A stretch of 64,000 bases of DNA, taken from positions 129,747 through 193,746 of IMG/VR virus record IMGVR_UViG_3300022602_000029; one strand, written 5' to 3'. Below, piece by piece: positions 19,265 through 29,600 of the stretch. The DNA is from a virus. Under the pieces are notes generated by a model. It ran no database searches and had not been told where the DNA came from. It saw only the letters and a list, made by a program, of their open reading frames with translations. Position 1 is the stretch's first letter. Each line of letters opens with the position of its first letter. The position numbers and the translations under genes were made by a program.

Positions 19265-19917
19265 AAATACTTTTCATATTTGCTCATCCTGATGATGAGG
19301 TTTTTGGTCCTGCCGGGACTATTACAGATCTAGCTACTAACAATAATGTCCTAGTAGTTTCTTTATGTAACGGAGCTCGTCCGGGTAATCCAGAAGTCGC
19401 TGAAGGTAGGATAGAGGCCTTTAAAAAATCTTGTGAAACTATGGGAGCGGAGTGGAGAATATATTCTACTCCAGATTGCGCACTAAGTTATGACGATACT
19501 TTAAAGACTATTGAAAATATTGTCAGCCAAGAAATACCCGATATAGTATATACGCACAACATATCCGATATACACAGAGATCACAGATTAGTAGCAGAGT
19601 GTTGCATGGTTGCCTGTAGACCTAAACCATCTAGCACAGTTAAAGAGTTGTATATGTGCGAACTACCTGCTAGTACAGACTGGAGCTTTGGACAGATAGA
19701 ACCTATCTTTAATCCTAATGTCTATAAAGATGTTTCAGATCTTATAGGAATAAAAGAACAAGTCATGATGTTATATGGAACAGAAGTATATGAACATCCG
19801 GACGCTAGATCTATAGAAAGTATGAAAACGATGGCCAAAAATCGAGGAAGACAATCAGGAGTCAGTTACGCAGAAGCGTTTCAACTGGTATTCTCTCTTG
19901 ACCGTAAAAATCGCTGA
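19261..19917 (+). CDS. PIG-L/LmbE-family N-acetyl-sugar deacetylase
   Basis: AHPDDE, DIHRDH, YAEAF. Confidence 0.9.
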   Translation: MKILFIFAHPDDEVFGPAGTITDLATNNNVLVVSLCNGARPGNPEVAEGRIEAFKKSCETMGAEWRIYSTPDCALSYDDTLKTIENIVSQEIPDIVYTHNISDIHRDHRLVAECCMVACRPKPSSTVKELYMCELPASTDWSFGQIEPIFNPNVYKDVSDLIGIKEQVMMLYGTEVYEHPDARSIESMKTMAKNRGRQSGVSYAEAFQLVFSLDRKNR

Positions 19918-20398
19918 TTCCGAAAGTTTTAAGGAGAGAGGTATACATACCATTCTGGTCATCGTTATAAGGATAACAAAACTTGTGAGGTTTGAATCCT
20001 AGATTCTTATCAAACTCTAGAAGCATCTTTTTAGTATCTTCAATAATATAGGACATTTTATCAATGATCTTATTAAAATCTTTCAGCTTTTTATGCTCGT
20101 GACCATGTCCGCCTATAGTAACTTGTGGATCATTCATAAGTTCTTTTATCTGTTTCCAAGTCATATAATCTTCTTTATTTCCTTTGAATGCTTTCTCATG
20201 GGCCTCGTGGCAGGTGGGAAAATCTAGAGATTGTGTATTCTCGCAGATTATGTTGGTTGAGATAAAGAATATCTTTTCAGTATCGATCTTACTTAATCGA
20301 TCAAAATAATAGTATTGGCTATACAATCCATCATCGAAGGTCAGTATATAATCCTTTAATGGCAGTTTAAATATCTCTTCTGAGATATGATGTATCAT
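19862..20398 (-). CDS. polysaccharide deacetylase (NodB/CE4)-like
   Basis: LTFDDG, GGHGHEH, FCYPY; start moved to ATG 20398. Confidence 0.85.
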   Translation of the reverse strand: MIHHISEEIFKLPLKDYILTFDDGLYSQYYYFDRLSKIDTEKIFFISTNIICENTQSLDFPTCHEAHEKAFKGNKEDYMTWKQIKELMNDPQVTIGGHGHEHKKLKDFNKIIDKMSYIIEDTKKMLLEFDKNLGFKPHKFCYPYNDDQNGMYTSLLKTFGISDFYGQERIPVETLLRN

Positions 20399-20409
20399 GA
20401 GTACTTCCA

Positions 20410-21078
20410 TCAAAATGTATATCCAAATATATCTAGGTCTTCTTCTAGCCACCTGTAGGCGATCGCCTGTGTTTCGCTATCATAATATTCTCTATAGTTA
20501 TTATGCAGACTAGTATTAGTATGTTGCATGGGCGCATAACATTTTAGCAGGTCCTGTATCTTGACAAAATCTCTTTCTATATATTCTAGTTTAACTACGA
20601 TATCAGGAATAATATTATTAAAGAAAAAGCATTGGGTTTCTTTGTCTTTCTTGTTAAACATAGACAATCTCAGGAGATCGGAATCTCTAGAAACAGCATT
20701 CTTGATCCAATACCGGAAACCCTTATTATAGTTTATTAACAGTTTAAGATCTTCTTCTACATCGTAGCTAACGACCTCTTCAGATCCTTGATTATTCTTC
20801 CTACGATGAATCCTTTTTTTTGAATCCTGTCCTAGGAAATGGAATATACTTACCAGCCTATCATAGGGATTACGGACAAACCCAAAAGTAGTTCCATAAT
20901 CCGGCCACATTTTTTTTATTTCGTCTAGAGATTCGTGAGTAAGCATATTAGGATATCTAGGATCTGTAGGTAAATCTCTATCGGTGATATTGGCCAAGGC
21001 CCAAAACTTGAAGCTAGTTGAGCCTACTCTAGGCACATTCCTAAACGTAGCAGGAACTGCTGGAAAATGTATGGGCAT
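20410..21078 (-). CDS. sulfotransferase family 2 protein
   Basis: VPRVGSTS (5'-PSB), FVRNPYDRLVS (3'-PB), C-terminal YREYYD; start 21078 lies one base after the iscA stop. Confidence 0.85.
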   Translation of the reverse strand: MPIHFPAVPATFRNVPRVGSTSFKFWALANITDRDLPTDPRYPNMLTHESLDEIKKMWPDYGTTFGFVRNPYDRLVSIFHFLGQDSKKRIHRRKNNQGSEEVVSYDVEEDLKLLINYNKGFRYWIKNAVSRDSDLLRLSMFNKKDKETQCFFFNNIIPDIVVKLEYIERDFVKIQDLLKCYAPMQHTNTSLHNNYREYYDSETQAIAYRWLEEDLDIFGYTF

Positions 21079-21079
21079 T

Positions 21080-21406
21080 TTAGACCCTAAAACTTTCTCC
21101 ACATCCGCAACGATCTCTCTCATTTGGATTTTGGAATTCAAATCCTTCATTAAGTCCGTTGCGCACGAAATCTACAGTCATATTCAAAAGATATGGTTCG
21201 TGCTTTTTATCTACCAGAACTACGAAATCATCTTGGGCATAGTTTATGGTACTATCATCGTCTTTATACTCGTCTACGTATTCTAATACATAAGCCAGTC
21301 CGCTACATCCGGTAGTCTTGACTCCGATCCTTATTCCTGCGCCTTTACCTCTCTTAAGGAGGTAGTTTTTGATTTTCTTTTTTGCTTGCTCTGTTATGGT
21401 AATCAT
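21080..21406 (-). CDS. iscA: A-type Fe-S carrier IscA
   Basis: GVKTTGCSGLAY...NPNERDRCGCGESF. Confidence 0.93.
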   Translation of the reverse strand: MITITEQAKKKIKNYLLKRGKGAGIRIGVKTTGCSGLAYVLEYVDEYKDDDSTINYAQDDFVVLVDKKHEPYLLNMTVDFVRNGLNEGFEFQNPNERDRCGCGESFRV

Positions 21407-21411
21407 GCTAT

Positions 21412-21426
21412 TATTTAAGATAAATA
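21412..21426. promoter_or_regulatory. back-to-back divergent TAAATA late-promoter motifs
   Basis: tattta 21412-21417 (minus strand, 5 nt before the iscA ATG) and taaata 21421-21426 (plus strand). Confidence 0.65.
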
Positions 21427-21445
21427 TAACTCTAGGAGAACTTAT

Positions 21446-21757
21446 ATGAAGAAACTACTCTTTACACTTATACTAGCATCTTTAGCCACAGCTTCGCAAG
21501 CCTGTTGTTATCGTGGTTATTATCATCACGGCGGATATTATGGTCCAGGAGTGGGGTGGGTCGCTCCTGCACTAGTGGGCGGAGTTATCGGATATGAAAT
21601 AGCTCGCCCAAATACAATAGTTGTAGAACAACAGCAACCCCCTGTAGTTTATGTACAGCCACAGCCTGTAGTACAACAGCCTCCTGTGGGATATCACTGG
21701 CAACAGATGATTGATCCGCAAACTAACACAACAAAAATAGTATTGGTGCCAAATTGA
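21446..21757 (+). CDS. secreted Gly/Pro/Gln-rich small protein
   Basis: signal peptide MKKLLFTLILASLATASQA, YYHHGGYYG and QQQPPVVY tracts; RBS aggag. Confidence 0.75.
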   Translation: MKKLLFTLILASLATASQACCYRGYYHHGGYYGPGVGWVAPALVGGVIGYEIARPNTIVVEQQQPPVVYVQPQPVVQQPPVGYHWQQMIDPQTNTTKIVLVPN

Positions 21758-21888
21758 TGAAACTACGCAAACTAAGAAAAAAACTATATAAGGCTATCTT
21801 TAAACATGATCTAGCCAAAGAGAAAAAAGTTTGGTTTAAGATCCTTAAGAAGTCCGTTCGACATAAACATACAGAGGATATTAGATAA
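21757..21888 (+). CDS. 43-aa basic peptide (not in ORF track)
   Basis: MKLRKLRKKLYKAIFKHDLAKEKKVWFKILKKSVRHKHTEDIR; TGATG-coupled upstream and TAATG-coupled to iscU. Confidence 0.7.
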   Translation: MKLRKLRKKLYKAIFKHDLAKEKKVWFKILKKSVRHKHTEDIR

Positions 21889-22274
21889 TGGCATATTCTG
21901 AGAAAGTTATTGATCACTATGAGAATCCCCGCAATGTAGGTAGCTTCGGAAAAGACGATGCTGATGTTGGAACCGGCATGGTTGGTGCTCCTGCTTGTGG
22001 TGATGTAATGAAACTACAGATAAAGGTTGAAGATGGAATCATCACAGACGCCCGATTCAAGACATACGGTTGTGGTTCAGCGATTGCGTCAAGCTCTCTT
22101 GTTACAGAATGGGTTAAAGGCAAGACACTGGACGAAGCCAGAGCTCTTAAGAATAGCACGATTGCTGAAGAGCTTGCTCTCCCCCCAGTTAAAATCCACT
22201 GTTCAATCCTTGCCGAAGACGCAATCAAAGCGGCAGTAGATGACTATCGAAACAAACATAAGGAGACGGTATAA
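21888..22274 (+). CDS. iscU: Fe-S scaffold IscU
   Basis: [52 protein letters not shown]. Confidence 0.97.
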   Translation: MAYSEKVIDHYENPRNVGSFGKDDADVGTGMVGAPACGDVMKLQIKVEDGIITDARFKTYGCGSAIASSSLVTEWVKGKTLDEARALKNSTIAEELALPPVKIHCSILAEDAIKAAVDDYRNKHKETV

Positions 22275-22609
22275 TGGAAATAATGACTATAACTGAATCA
22301 GCCGCAGGTAAGATAGCTGAGTTATTAGCAGAAGAAAACGAACCTAATCTAAAGATACGTTGTTTCGTACAAGGTGGTGGATGTAGTGGTATGCAGTATG
22401 GATTTGATTTCGATGAAGATCAAAACGAAGACGATTTCGTTATTGAATCAAACGGTGCTACATTATTAGTAGACAGCATGAGCTATCAATACCTAACTGG
22501 CGCTACGATTGACTATAAAGAAGACCTACAAGGTAGCCAATTCGTTATTAAAAATCCAAATGCCCAAACAACTTGCGGATGCGGTAGCTCATTTAGTGTG
22601 GCGGAATAA
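22274..22609 (+). CDS. erpA: A-type Fe-S carrier ErpA
   Basis: [36 protein letters not shown]. Confidence 0.9.
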   Translation: MEIMTITESAAGKIAELLAEENEPNLKIRCFVQGGGCSGMQYGFDFDEDQNEDDFVIESNGATLLVDSMSYQYLTGATIDYKEDLQGSQFVIKNPNAQTTCGCGSSFSVAE

Positions 22610-22615
22610 CAACAG

Positions 22616-22644
22616 TTGACAAAGTTGGTAAAATCCTGTACAAT
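22616..22644 (+). promoter_or_regulatory. sigma70-type promoter of the ligase operon
   Basis: TTGACA-17 nt-TACAAT. Confidence 0.8.
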
Positions 22645-22673
22645 AGTAGCATGACAACACACAGGAGTACCAG

Positions 22674-23996
22674 ATGAGCGACAACTGCGACAGAGTTATT
22701 AGGTCATTAGAAGAACATGCCAGCCGCCTTAATAAAGAACAGATCTTAGAAGCAGAGGCATCGTCTAGTAACACCGAACTATTTGACGGTATGAGATTAG
22801 CATTAGATAATCTTATCACTTTCGGTGTAAAGAAAGTACCTACACACGGAGGCCCTGACGGACAGGGATTACCGTGGGTCGCTTTCGTAGAACTAGCAGA
22901 ACTATTGGCCAAACGACAACTAACAGGTGATGATGCTAAGACTGCTATCGAACTAGCGTTGTCAGCCAGTACTAAATCACAATGGAATGATTGGTATAGG
23001 CGCATCCTTATCAAAGACCTGCGTTGTGGTGTATCAGAAAAAACAGTTAATAAAGTTCTAAAAGCATTTCCAGATATCAAACCAGTACCTGTATTTGAAT
23101 GCATGTTGGCACATGATGGTGCCAATCACGAGAAAAAGATAGCAGGTAAGAAGATACTAGAACCTAAACTAGATGGTGTCCGTGTGATCACTGTGGTTAA
23201 CTATGAACTACGCACAGTACAACAGTTCAGTCGTAATGGTAAAGAACTGGTAAACTTTTCTCATATCACTGAAGCCCTAACTAAACATATCGATGATTTT
23301 GGTCGCAGTTATATTTTAGACGGAGAAATCATCAGTAGCAGTTTCCAAGACCTCATGAAACAGGTACATAGGAAAGATGATGTTAAGGCAGATGATGCCA
23401 AGTTAATGTTATTTGATATCTTACCACTTAGCGAGTTCCGTAACGGTAAGAGCGTGATGACACAAAAGGTCCGCAGTAATCTCTTAAAGACATTCAGCAA
23501 AGTATGGGAACAGGTTCCTAGCATTGGTATAGTTCCACAGACAGAGGTAGATCTTGATGGAGCCGTTGGGGAAATACAGTTCAAACAGTTTAATAAAGAT
23601 GCTATTGATGCCGGCTACGAAGGTATAATGATCAAAGATCCAAAAGCCCTTTATGAATGTAAGCGTAGCACAGCCTGGTTAAAACAGAAACCATTTATCG
23701 AAGTATCATTGACCGTAACAGCGATTGAAGAAGGAACGGGAAGAAATGAAGGAAAACTTGGTGCTCTTATCTGTGATGGTACCGATGATGGTCGGCGCAT
23801 CATCGTTAATGTTGGCAGTGGATTTAGTGATGAACAACGGGAGACTTTCTGGGCTGATCAAGAAGCTATGGTCGGACAGGTGGTCGAAGTCCGAGCAGAT
23901 GCGGCGACTAGGAGCCAGGACAGCGAAGATATCTACTCGCTCAGGTTTCCTAGGTTTCTTCGATTCCGTGGTTTTGCGAAAGGTGAAAAGATCTAA
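22674..23996 (+). CDS. ATP-dependent DNA ligase
   Basis: EPKLDGVR (KxDG), LDGE, EGIMIK, WLKQK, SLRFPRF. Confidence 0.95.
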   Translation: MSDNCDRVIRSLEEHASRLNKEQILEAEASSSNTELFDGMRLALDNLITFGVKKVPTHGGPDGQGLPWVAFVELAELLAKRQLTGDDAKTAIELALSASTKSQWNDWYRRILIKDLRCGVSEKTVNKVLKAFPDIKPVPVFECMLAHDGANHEKKIAGKKILEPKLDGVRVITVVNYELRTVQQFSRNGKELVNFSHITEALTKHIDDFGRSYILDGEIISSSFQDLMKQVHRKDDVKADDAKLMLFDILPLSEFRNGKSVMTQKVRSNLLKTFSKVWEQVPSIGIVPQTEVDLDGAVGEIQFKQFNKDAIDAGYEGIMIKDPKALYECKRSTAWLKQKPFIEVSLTVTAIEEGTGRNEGKLGALICDGTDDGRRIIVNVGSGFSDEQRETFWADQEAMVGQVVEVRADAATRSQDSEDIYSLRFPRFLRFRGFAKGEKI

Positions 23997-23997
23997 T

Positions 23998-24240
23998 ATG
24001 GATAAAGGCGCAATCAAAGAATTCATGTATGGTGGGCTCAAAGAGATCCTGTCTAATAGGCATTATTACTATTCTAGCGGAGCAGGAACAGACTACAGCC
24101 ATCTAACAGAAGTGGGAGAAATAGTGGTGGTAGATTTTGTAAATCTAGTGGCTAGAACCATGTTAGAGTCCGAAGAGAAAGAGTTAAATACCCGTGCTAA
24201 AGAACTAGTAGTTAAAGGATTAAAAGGAGAATCAATCTAA
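23998..24240 (+). CDS. hypothetical protein (80 aa)
   Basis: ATG one base after the ligase stop; the longer track ORF from 23725 overlaps the ligase and is rejected. Confidence 0.7.
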   Translation: MDKGAIKEFMYGGLKEILSNRHYYYSSGAGTDYSHLTEVGEIVVVDFVNLVARTMLESEEKELNTRAKELVVKGLKGESI

Positions 24241-24241
24241 A

Positions 24242-24460
24242 GTGGCAAAAGAAGATGTTATAGAGATGACCGGAGTAGTCGAAGAAGTATTACCCAACGC
24301 TATGTTTCGCGTTAAGATAAATGAAACACACAAGATCACAGCAGTGATCAGTGGCAAGATGCGCCAACACCGTATACAGATCCTGCAAGGGGATCGAGTA
24401 AAGATCGAAATGAGTCCATACGATCTTACTCGCGGGCGTGTAGTTTATAGAGAAAAATAA
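24242..24460 (+). CDS. infA: translation initiation factor IF-1
   Basis: [24 protein letters not shown]...ISGKMR...[18 protein letters not shown]; GTG start. Confidence 0.96.
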   Translation: MAKEDVIEMTGVVEEVLPNAMFRVKINETHKITAVISGKMRQHRIQILQGDRVKIEMSPYDLTRGRVVYREK

Positions 24461-24462
24461 TC

Positions 24463-24978
24463 TTATTGCCCTAGATAGGGAGCCCAGCTGGGGTGATGGA
24501 TATCAAAAGGCAGTTTCTTGCGGCGATCTACCAGCTGATAATAGCTGGGTTTAAATGGCTTGAACTTAGGAACGATCTTGCGATTATTTCCTTTTTTGCT
24601 ATTACAATCAGCGCAGGCAGTTACAGTATTCTCAAAAGTAGTCTTTCCACCATGTGATACAGGTAGCACATGATCTAACGTAGCTGTCTTGCGGTCTACT
24701 TGATCTTCGCAATAGACGCATTTCCATCCGTCCCTTAAGAAAACATTCTGTTTTGAGAAACGAACAGTGGTTTTGGTCTTTTGATATTCAGTCAACATGA
24801 TAACAGCAGGAACACGGGTTTCCCATCGGGCGCTGTGGACTACCCAATCTTCGTACCATTCTAGTACGTGGGCCTTTTCTAATACCATATATTTGATACT
24901 TTCTTCCCAGCTGATTATACTTAGAGGAAGCAGACTAACTGGGTTAGCGTCTGAATTTAAAACTAAAACACCGTTCAT
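24463..24978 (-). CDS. HNH endonuclease (McrA-like)
   Basis: VLVLN, CVYC, TLDHVLPVSHGG, NTVTACADCNSKKG. Confidence 0.9.
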   Translation of the reverse strand: MNGVLVLNSDANPVSLLPLSIISWEESIKYMVLEKAHVLEWYEDWVVHSARWETRVPAVIMLTEYQKTKTTVRFSKQNVFLRDGWKCVYCEDQVDRKTATLDHVLPVSHGGKTTFENTVTACADCNSKKGNNRKIVPKFKPFKPSYYQLVDRRKKLPFDIHHPSWAPYLGQ

Positions 24979-25065
24979 GATAATATTTATGGTTGAGTTG
25001 ATTACCGTTTTATTATAGCAGTTTCCAGGAAAATGAGCAATACTAGTTCTGGAATAAATACCTGT

Positions 25066-26643
25066 ATGACCACTGCAACCATACTCGTTATCAATACAGG
25101 CACATCTCCAAACGCTGGGGATGGAGATACGCTAAGAACAGCCTTTAATAAAGTAAACTACAACTTCTCCCTAGTGGAAGAACAGATCAACTCCATAGTG
25201 GCCTTTACGGGCACAGTGACGGTAGTAGCCAATCTAGGTGATATCACCATAACCGGTCCTGTGATCAGCACCACAGGAACTAATGAATCTATTGTGCTAG
25301 CGCCTAACGGAACTGGAACAGTTATAGTTAACGGAACGCTAGAACCTTTATCGGGAATCCAGTTTCCTAACGGAACCATATTAACTACAGCTATTAATAC
25401 CAGTAGCATAACGGTCAGCGAAATGTATACCAGCACTGGGGTGACCTATATACAGAATCAAGTCAACAATGTGACTACATTGAGATTCGACACAGACGCT
25501 GGCTTTACTGTGAGCGATATAGGATCTGGACAGGCCTTTGTCAGCATGAACAGTACTTTCAAGTATTGGGTCATAGACGGAGAACCTACCTTAATAGCCA
25601 ACGGATTAGATACCATGCACTTCAAAAAGGGCACAGGTATCAACATAATCAGTAGCGCCACAGATGTACCACAGAGCATACAGTTTAATCTAGCACCTGC
25701 TACGACCAGCACCTTAGGTGGTATAATAGTGGGACAGGGATTGGCAATAAATGCTCAAGGTATATTAACAGCCACTAACCTTGCCAGCACGGGAGAAGTA
25801 GTGTTTAGCCAAACTACTATGTATCCTCAGGCCAATAATCTAGACCTAGTAATATCTAATCAATATGCCACGGTAGGAAACTACATCTTAGTACCAGCAG
25901 TGAATGACAATGTTACAGCATTGACCTTGCTAGGACAAAATGGATTGTTGATCACTACCACGACATCTAGCAATGCTCCTATAGTGATAAGTCCAAACGA
26001 TGACCTAAACGGTCCCGGGGATGTTCAGATATATGCCCAGGGTGCCTATGATTATACTGCTGGAGTTTATATGGCCAGCACAGTATCTCAAGTGTTCCTA
26101 TATCCTAGCGATGTGCTGCCGTCATTGGTATCTGCTTCTACAAATGAAACCGTGGGCACTTTAGATCTGGCCACTAGGCGTAATCACAGTATCAGTATCA
26201 GGCCGGGCGGTATAGACAGCAGTACAGGCACAGTCTATATGAATGGTACTCTTGTGGTCAACAGCGTCAATATATTAAATGGCAGCAAGATAGGAAATGC
26301 CACTACAGGAACATCCGCCGGTGGAAGCGGTGTTACCAGCAGTACCTATCTCACCCAAGCTGTACAGTTAAATCTATCTGCTTTCGTGCAGAAGCTGACT
26401 AGCGGTGCCTACTACTTACCTCCTGGTATTGAAGGACAACAGGTATATTTTGCACCAGTGACTGGCGCCACTAGCGGAACTAATATCGCTGTATGGATGC
26501 AGGTCATACGCAGTTTTTCAAACAACACAGCTTCAACATCAACTAATAGAGAATGGTTCCCGTTCTATAGTTCAAGCGTAGGGTTACCGTATGCTATCTA
26601 TACAGACGGTGCGTGGAATCTCAGTACCAATAACATAGTATAA
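25066..26643 (+). CDS. baseplate/tail fibre protein with T4 gp9/gp10-like N-terminus
   Basis: INTGTSPNAGDGDTLRTAFNKVNYNF, ATTSTLGGIIVG repeat; start moved to 25066 because TAAATA lies 5 nt upstream. Confidence 0.75.
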   Translation: MTTATILVINTGTSPNAGDGDTLRTAFNKVNYNFSLVEEQINSIVAFTGTVTVVANLGDITITGPVISTTGTNESIVLAPNGTGTVIVNGTLEPLSGIQFPNGTILTTAINTSSITVSEMYTSTGVTYIQNQVNNVTTLRFDTDAGFTVSDIGSGQAFVSMNSTFKYWVIDGEPTLIANGLDTMHFKKGTGINIISSATDVPQSIQFNLAPATTSTLGGIIVGQGLAINAQGILTATNLASTGEVVFSQTTMYPQANNLDLVISNQYATVGNYILVPAVNDNVTALTLLGQNGLLITTTTSSNAPIVISPNDDLNGPGDVQIYAQGAYDYTAGVYMASTVSQVFLYPSDVLPSLVSASTNETVGTLDLATRRNHSISIRPGGIDSSTGTVYMNGTLVVNSVNILNGSKIGNATTGTSAGGSGVTSSTYLTQAVQLNLSAFVQKLTSGAYYLPPGIEGQQVYFAPVTGATSGTNIAVWMQVIRSFSNNTASTSTNREWFPFYSSSVGLPYAIYTDGAWNLSTNNIV

Positions 26644-26647
26644 TATT

Positions 26648-29600
26648 ATGACCATAAGAAAAATAGCATCGGGGCAGGTAAACACAACACTAGCAAACTA
26701 TGTGGGAGAAAACGGACATCTTTTCTATGATCCTACTTCCAGGATAATACGAATAAGTGATGGACATACTCCCGGCGGAGTACAGTTTAATTTTCAGTTC
26801 GCAACTACTACAACCACTGGAGCTGTTAAAATAGGATCTGGAATAGCAGTAGACTCTAGCGGTACTATCAGCGTAGATATAGCACAGCTTGATATAGACA
26901 TACAGGCACTGACTACTGATGTATTACCTGCTACTAACTTGGCATATAATCTAGGTAGTCCAACAAAGCAATGGAAAAGTCTCTATGTAGGCACCAGCAC
27001 AATATATCTCGGTGGTATTTCATTGAGTGTCAATACTAGCACAGGTCAGTTGATTATCAATAATACCAGCACAGCTATCTATTCAGCAGAAGATGGAACT
27101 GTGGTTTTTCCTACAGGAATTGTTTTTAATACCGCGAGCTCTATCGTACTACCTATTGGCGGTTATATTACATCCGTAGATGGTGGCAGTCCTTCTTTAG
27201 TGGCATCACAAGGTAATGCCGCAGTGATCAGCAACGCTAGCTCTTTTAATCAACTATATGCTTGGGATAACGGGGTTTCTATCCAAACTAGCGCTAATAA
27301 CAGCGGAACTACCTTTACCACATGGGCTTTTAATAATAATGGTAGTTTAACAGCACCGGGCAATATCAATTGGTCTACAAACTATACCATAGATGGAAGT
27401 AGCGCCACTAATGGTATTGCCATGACCACCGATCGTGGAACTATATTGTTTGGTAATCATCCTGAAGTTGGGGGTGTCACCCACTTCCACATCATGAAGC
27501 AAAATCCCGAAGCTGTTGATCTTATATTTGGAGATGATTCTAATAATGTTACAATGCTATCAGGGTCTGGTCCTGGCAGTGGCGGGGTTAAGGTTACTAC
27601 GCAAGATTATTATGGAACAGGTAATCTATATAATTGGAATTTTGATAGTTCTGGTAGTTTGACCGTTCCTGGTAATATTTCAATGCCCTATCAATCTTGG
27701 ATAGACCTTAACGGCGATGACACTAACTGGCGTATAGGAATGAATTTGAATGCTTATTCCAAATCATTCGCAACAAGTACTATCGATATTGTAGTTGGCC
27801 AAGGTTCGGTAGGACCAGATGGATTTTCAGTTGGACAAACAGGAGGCCAAAGCATATTTGAACTCAACGGATATGATAGATCAGCCTACTTCTTGGGGTC
27901 AGTAAATATCAGTGACACATTAAATTTACAAGGTAATACTTCAAACATTAATTTTGCCAATAATGTTTCTATATATAGTAGTAGTAATGGACTCATTGAT
28001 ATCAGTTCAGGTGCCGCAGATATAACGGTTCAAAACGGTGTAGTATCTATAGTAGTAAACAATCAAAATGCTCAAAGCAAAACTTGGATTTTTGATTACT
28101 CTAGTGCCACTGGTGCCACTATAACATTTCCTGACACTTCAGTACAATCTACAGCCTGGACTGGATCCACAAGTACCTTAGTAAACGGCACATGGACCGC
28201 AGTATTGAGTAACACCGGAACTTTGCGTGTACAAAATCTCCAGGTACTAGGTACATTAACTACCATCAATAAAGAAAGCGTTACCGTTGAAACCGTAGGA
28301 ACCCTAAACTTTACCGATACTACTGTACAAACCACAGCGTGGAATACAGCAACAACTGTTTATTATAACCAGATCAGGAATACTCCTAATTTTATATCTA
28401 GTTCCAGTATTAGTGTCAACACCGGCAGTGCTATCACAACAGGTAGCCTAGCTTACAATCCATTAACCAGCGTATTCACGTTCAATCCAACTGCGCCTTT
28501 CAACACCGCTACCTTAGTAGCCACTGCCGTAACTGCCAACAGCTTAGGCAATGGTGTTATCTCCATTGCTAACACCAGTGCGTCTACTAGCACCAATACT
28601 GGTGCTCTGGTAGTAGCAGGTGGTGCGGGTATAAACGGCAACGTAAACATAGGGGGTGCGGTACTAATAGGTACCAATACCAATCTTTATGTTAACGCCC
28701 AGGGACTTTCTCCATTAGGTGGCGGGTATTTCAATGTATCACCAGTACAATCAAAATATCCATTTAATAATATATTTGGAGGAGTGAATACTGCCAATAC
28801 TTCTGTGATACAGGCGCTATCTCTAGGTGGAACACTTATAGGTACTACTATCACACAATACTCATATCTGATGCAGAATGGGGGTAGCTGGAATCCGCCT
28901 GCTAATGGTATAATGAATGGTGGAAATAGCACATATCTATTTGGTCTAGATCAGCAACCTACATGGGGTAATACAGCTACATCGGCAGTGGGAACACCAT
29001 TTGGTATCTATCTCAATCGTATTTTCTTAAACGCAGGCCCGTCTTCCACCGGCACGGTAACCAATGTCTATCACATTGGAATTAATAATATAAATGCTGA
29101 TGCCGCATCTAGTGCTACTATAACTAATGTCTATGGTATCTATCAAGCAAACTTTGCCCAATCAAATAATGTAAGTATAACCAATGCTTATGGATTCTAT
29201 GGTAGACAGACTACAACTGGTGCCACAGCTACCAACTGGAACTTGTACATGCAGGGCAATGCTCCTAACTATATGGCGGGGAACCTATATATAGGAACTA
29301 CAGCGCAAAGCGGCGGAGCGATATTAACAGTCAACGGTGGAGTATATGTCAACGGCATACTGACTGCTACTACTATAGCTGCCACATCTAGTATCACTAT
29401 CAATGGATATGCTGTATCTACCGCAACATCATTTAATACAGCTACCTTGGTAGCTAACGCAGTAAATGCACAGATAGCCACTACAACTACTAACTTTAAC
29501 ACAGCTACTTTGGTAGCCAACGCGGTAAATGCGCAGATAGCCACTACAACTACTAACTTTAACACAGCTACTTTGGTAAACATAGCACAAAACGTAGTAG

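Noticed and set aside
22651-22677. 8-codon leaderless uORF (MTTHRSTR) whose stop overlaps the ligase ATG
   Set aside because: Too short to distinguish from chance; the ligase has its own aggag RBS.
23725-23997. N-terminal extension of the 24240 ORF
   Set aside because: It overlaps the conserved ligase C-terminus; the ATG at 23998 directly follows the ligase stop.
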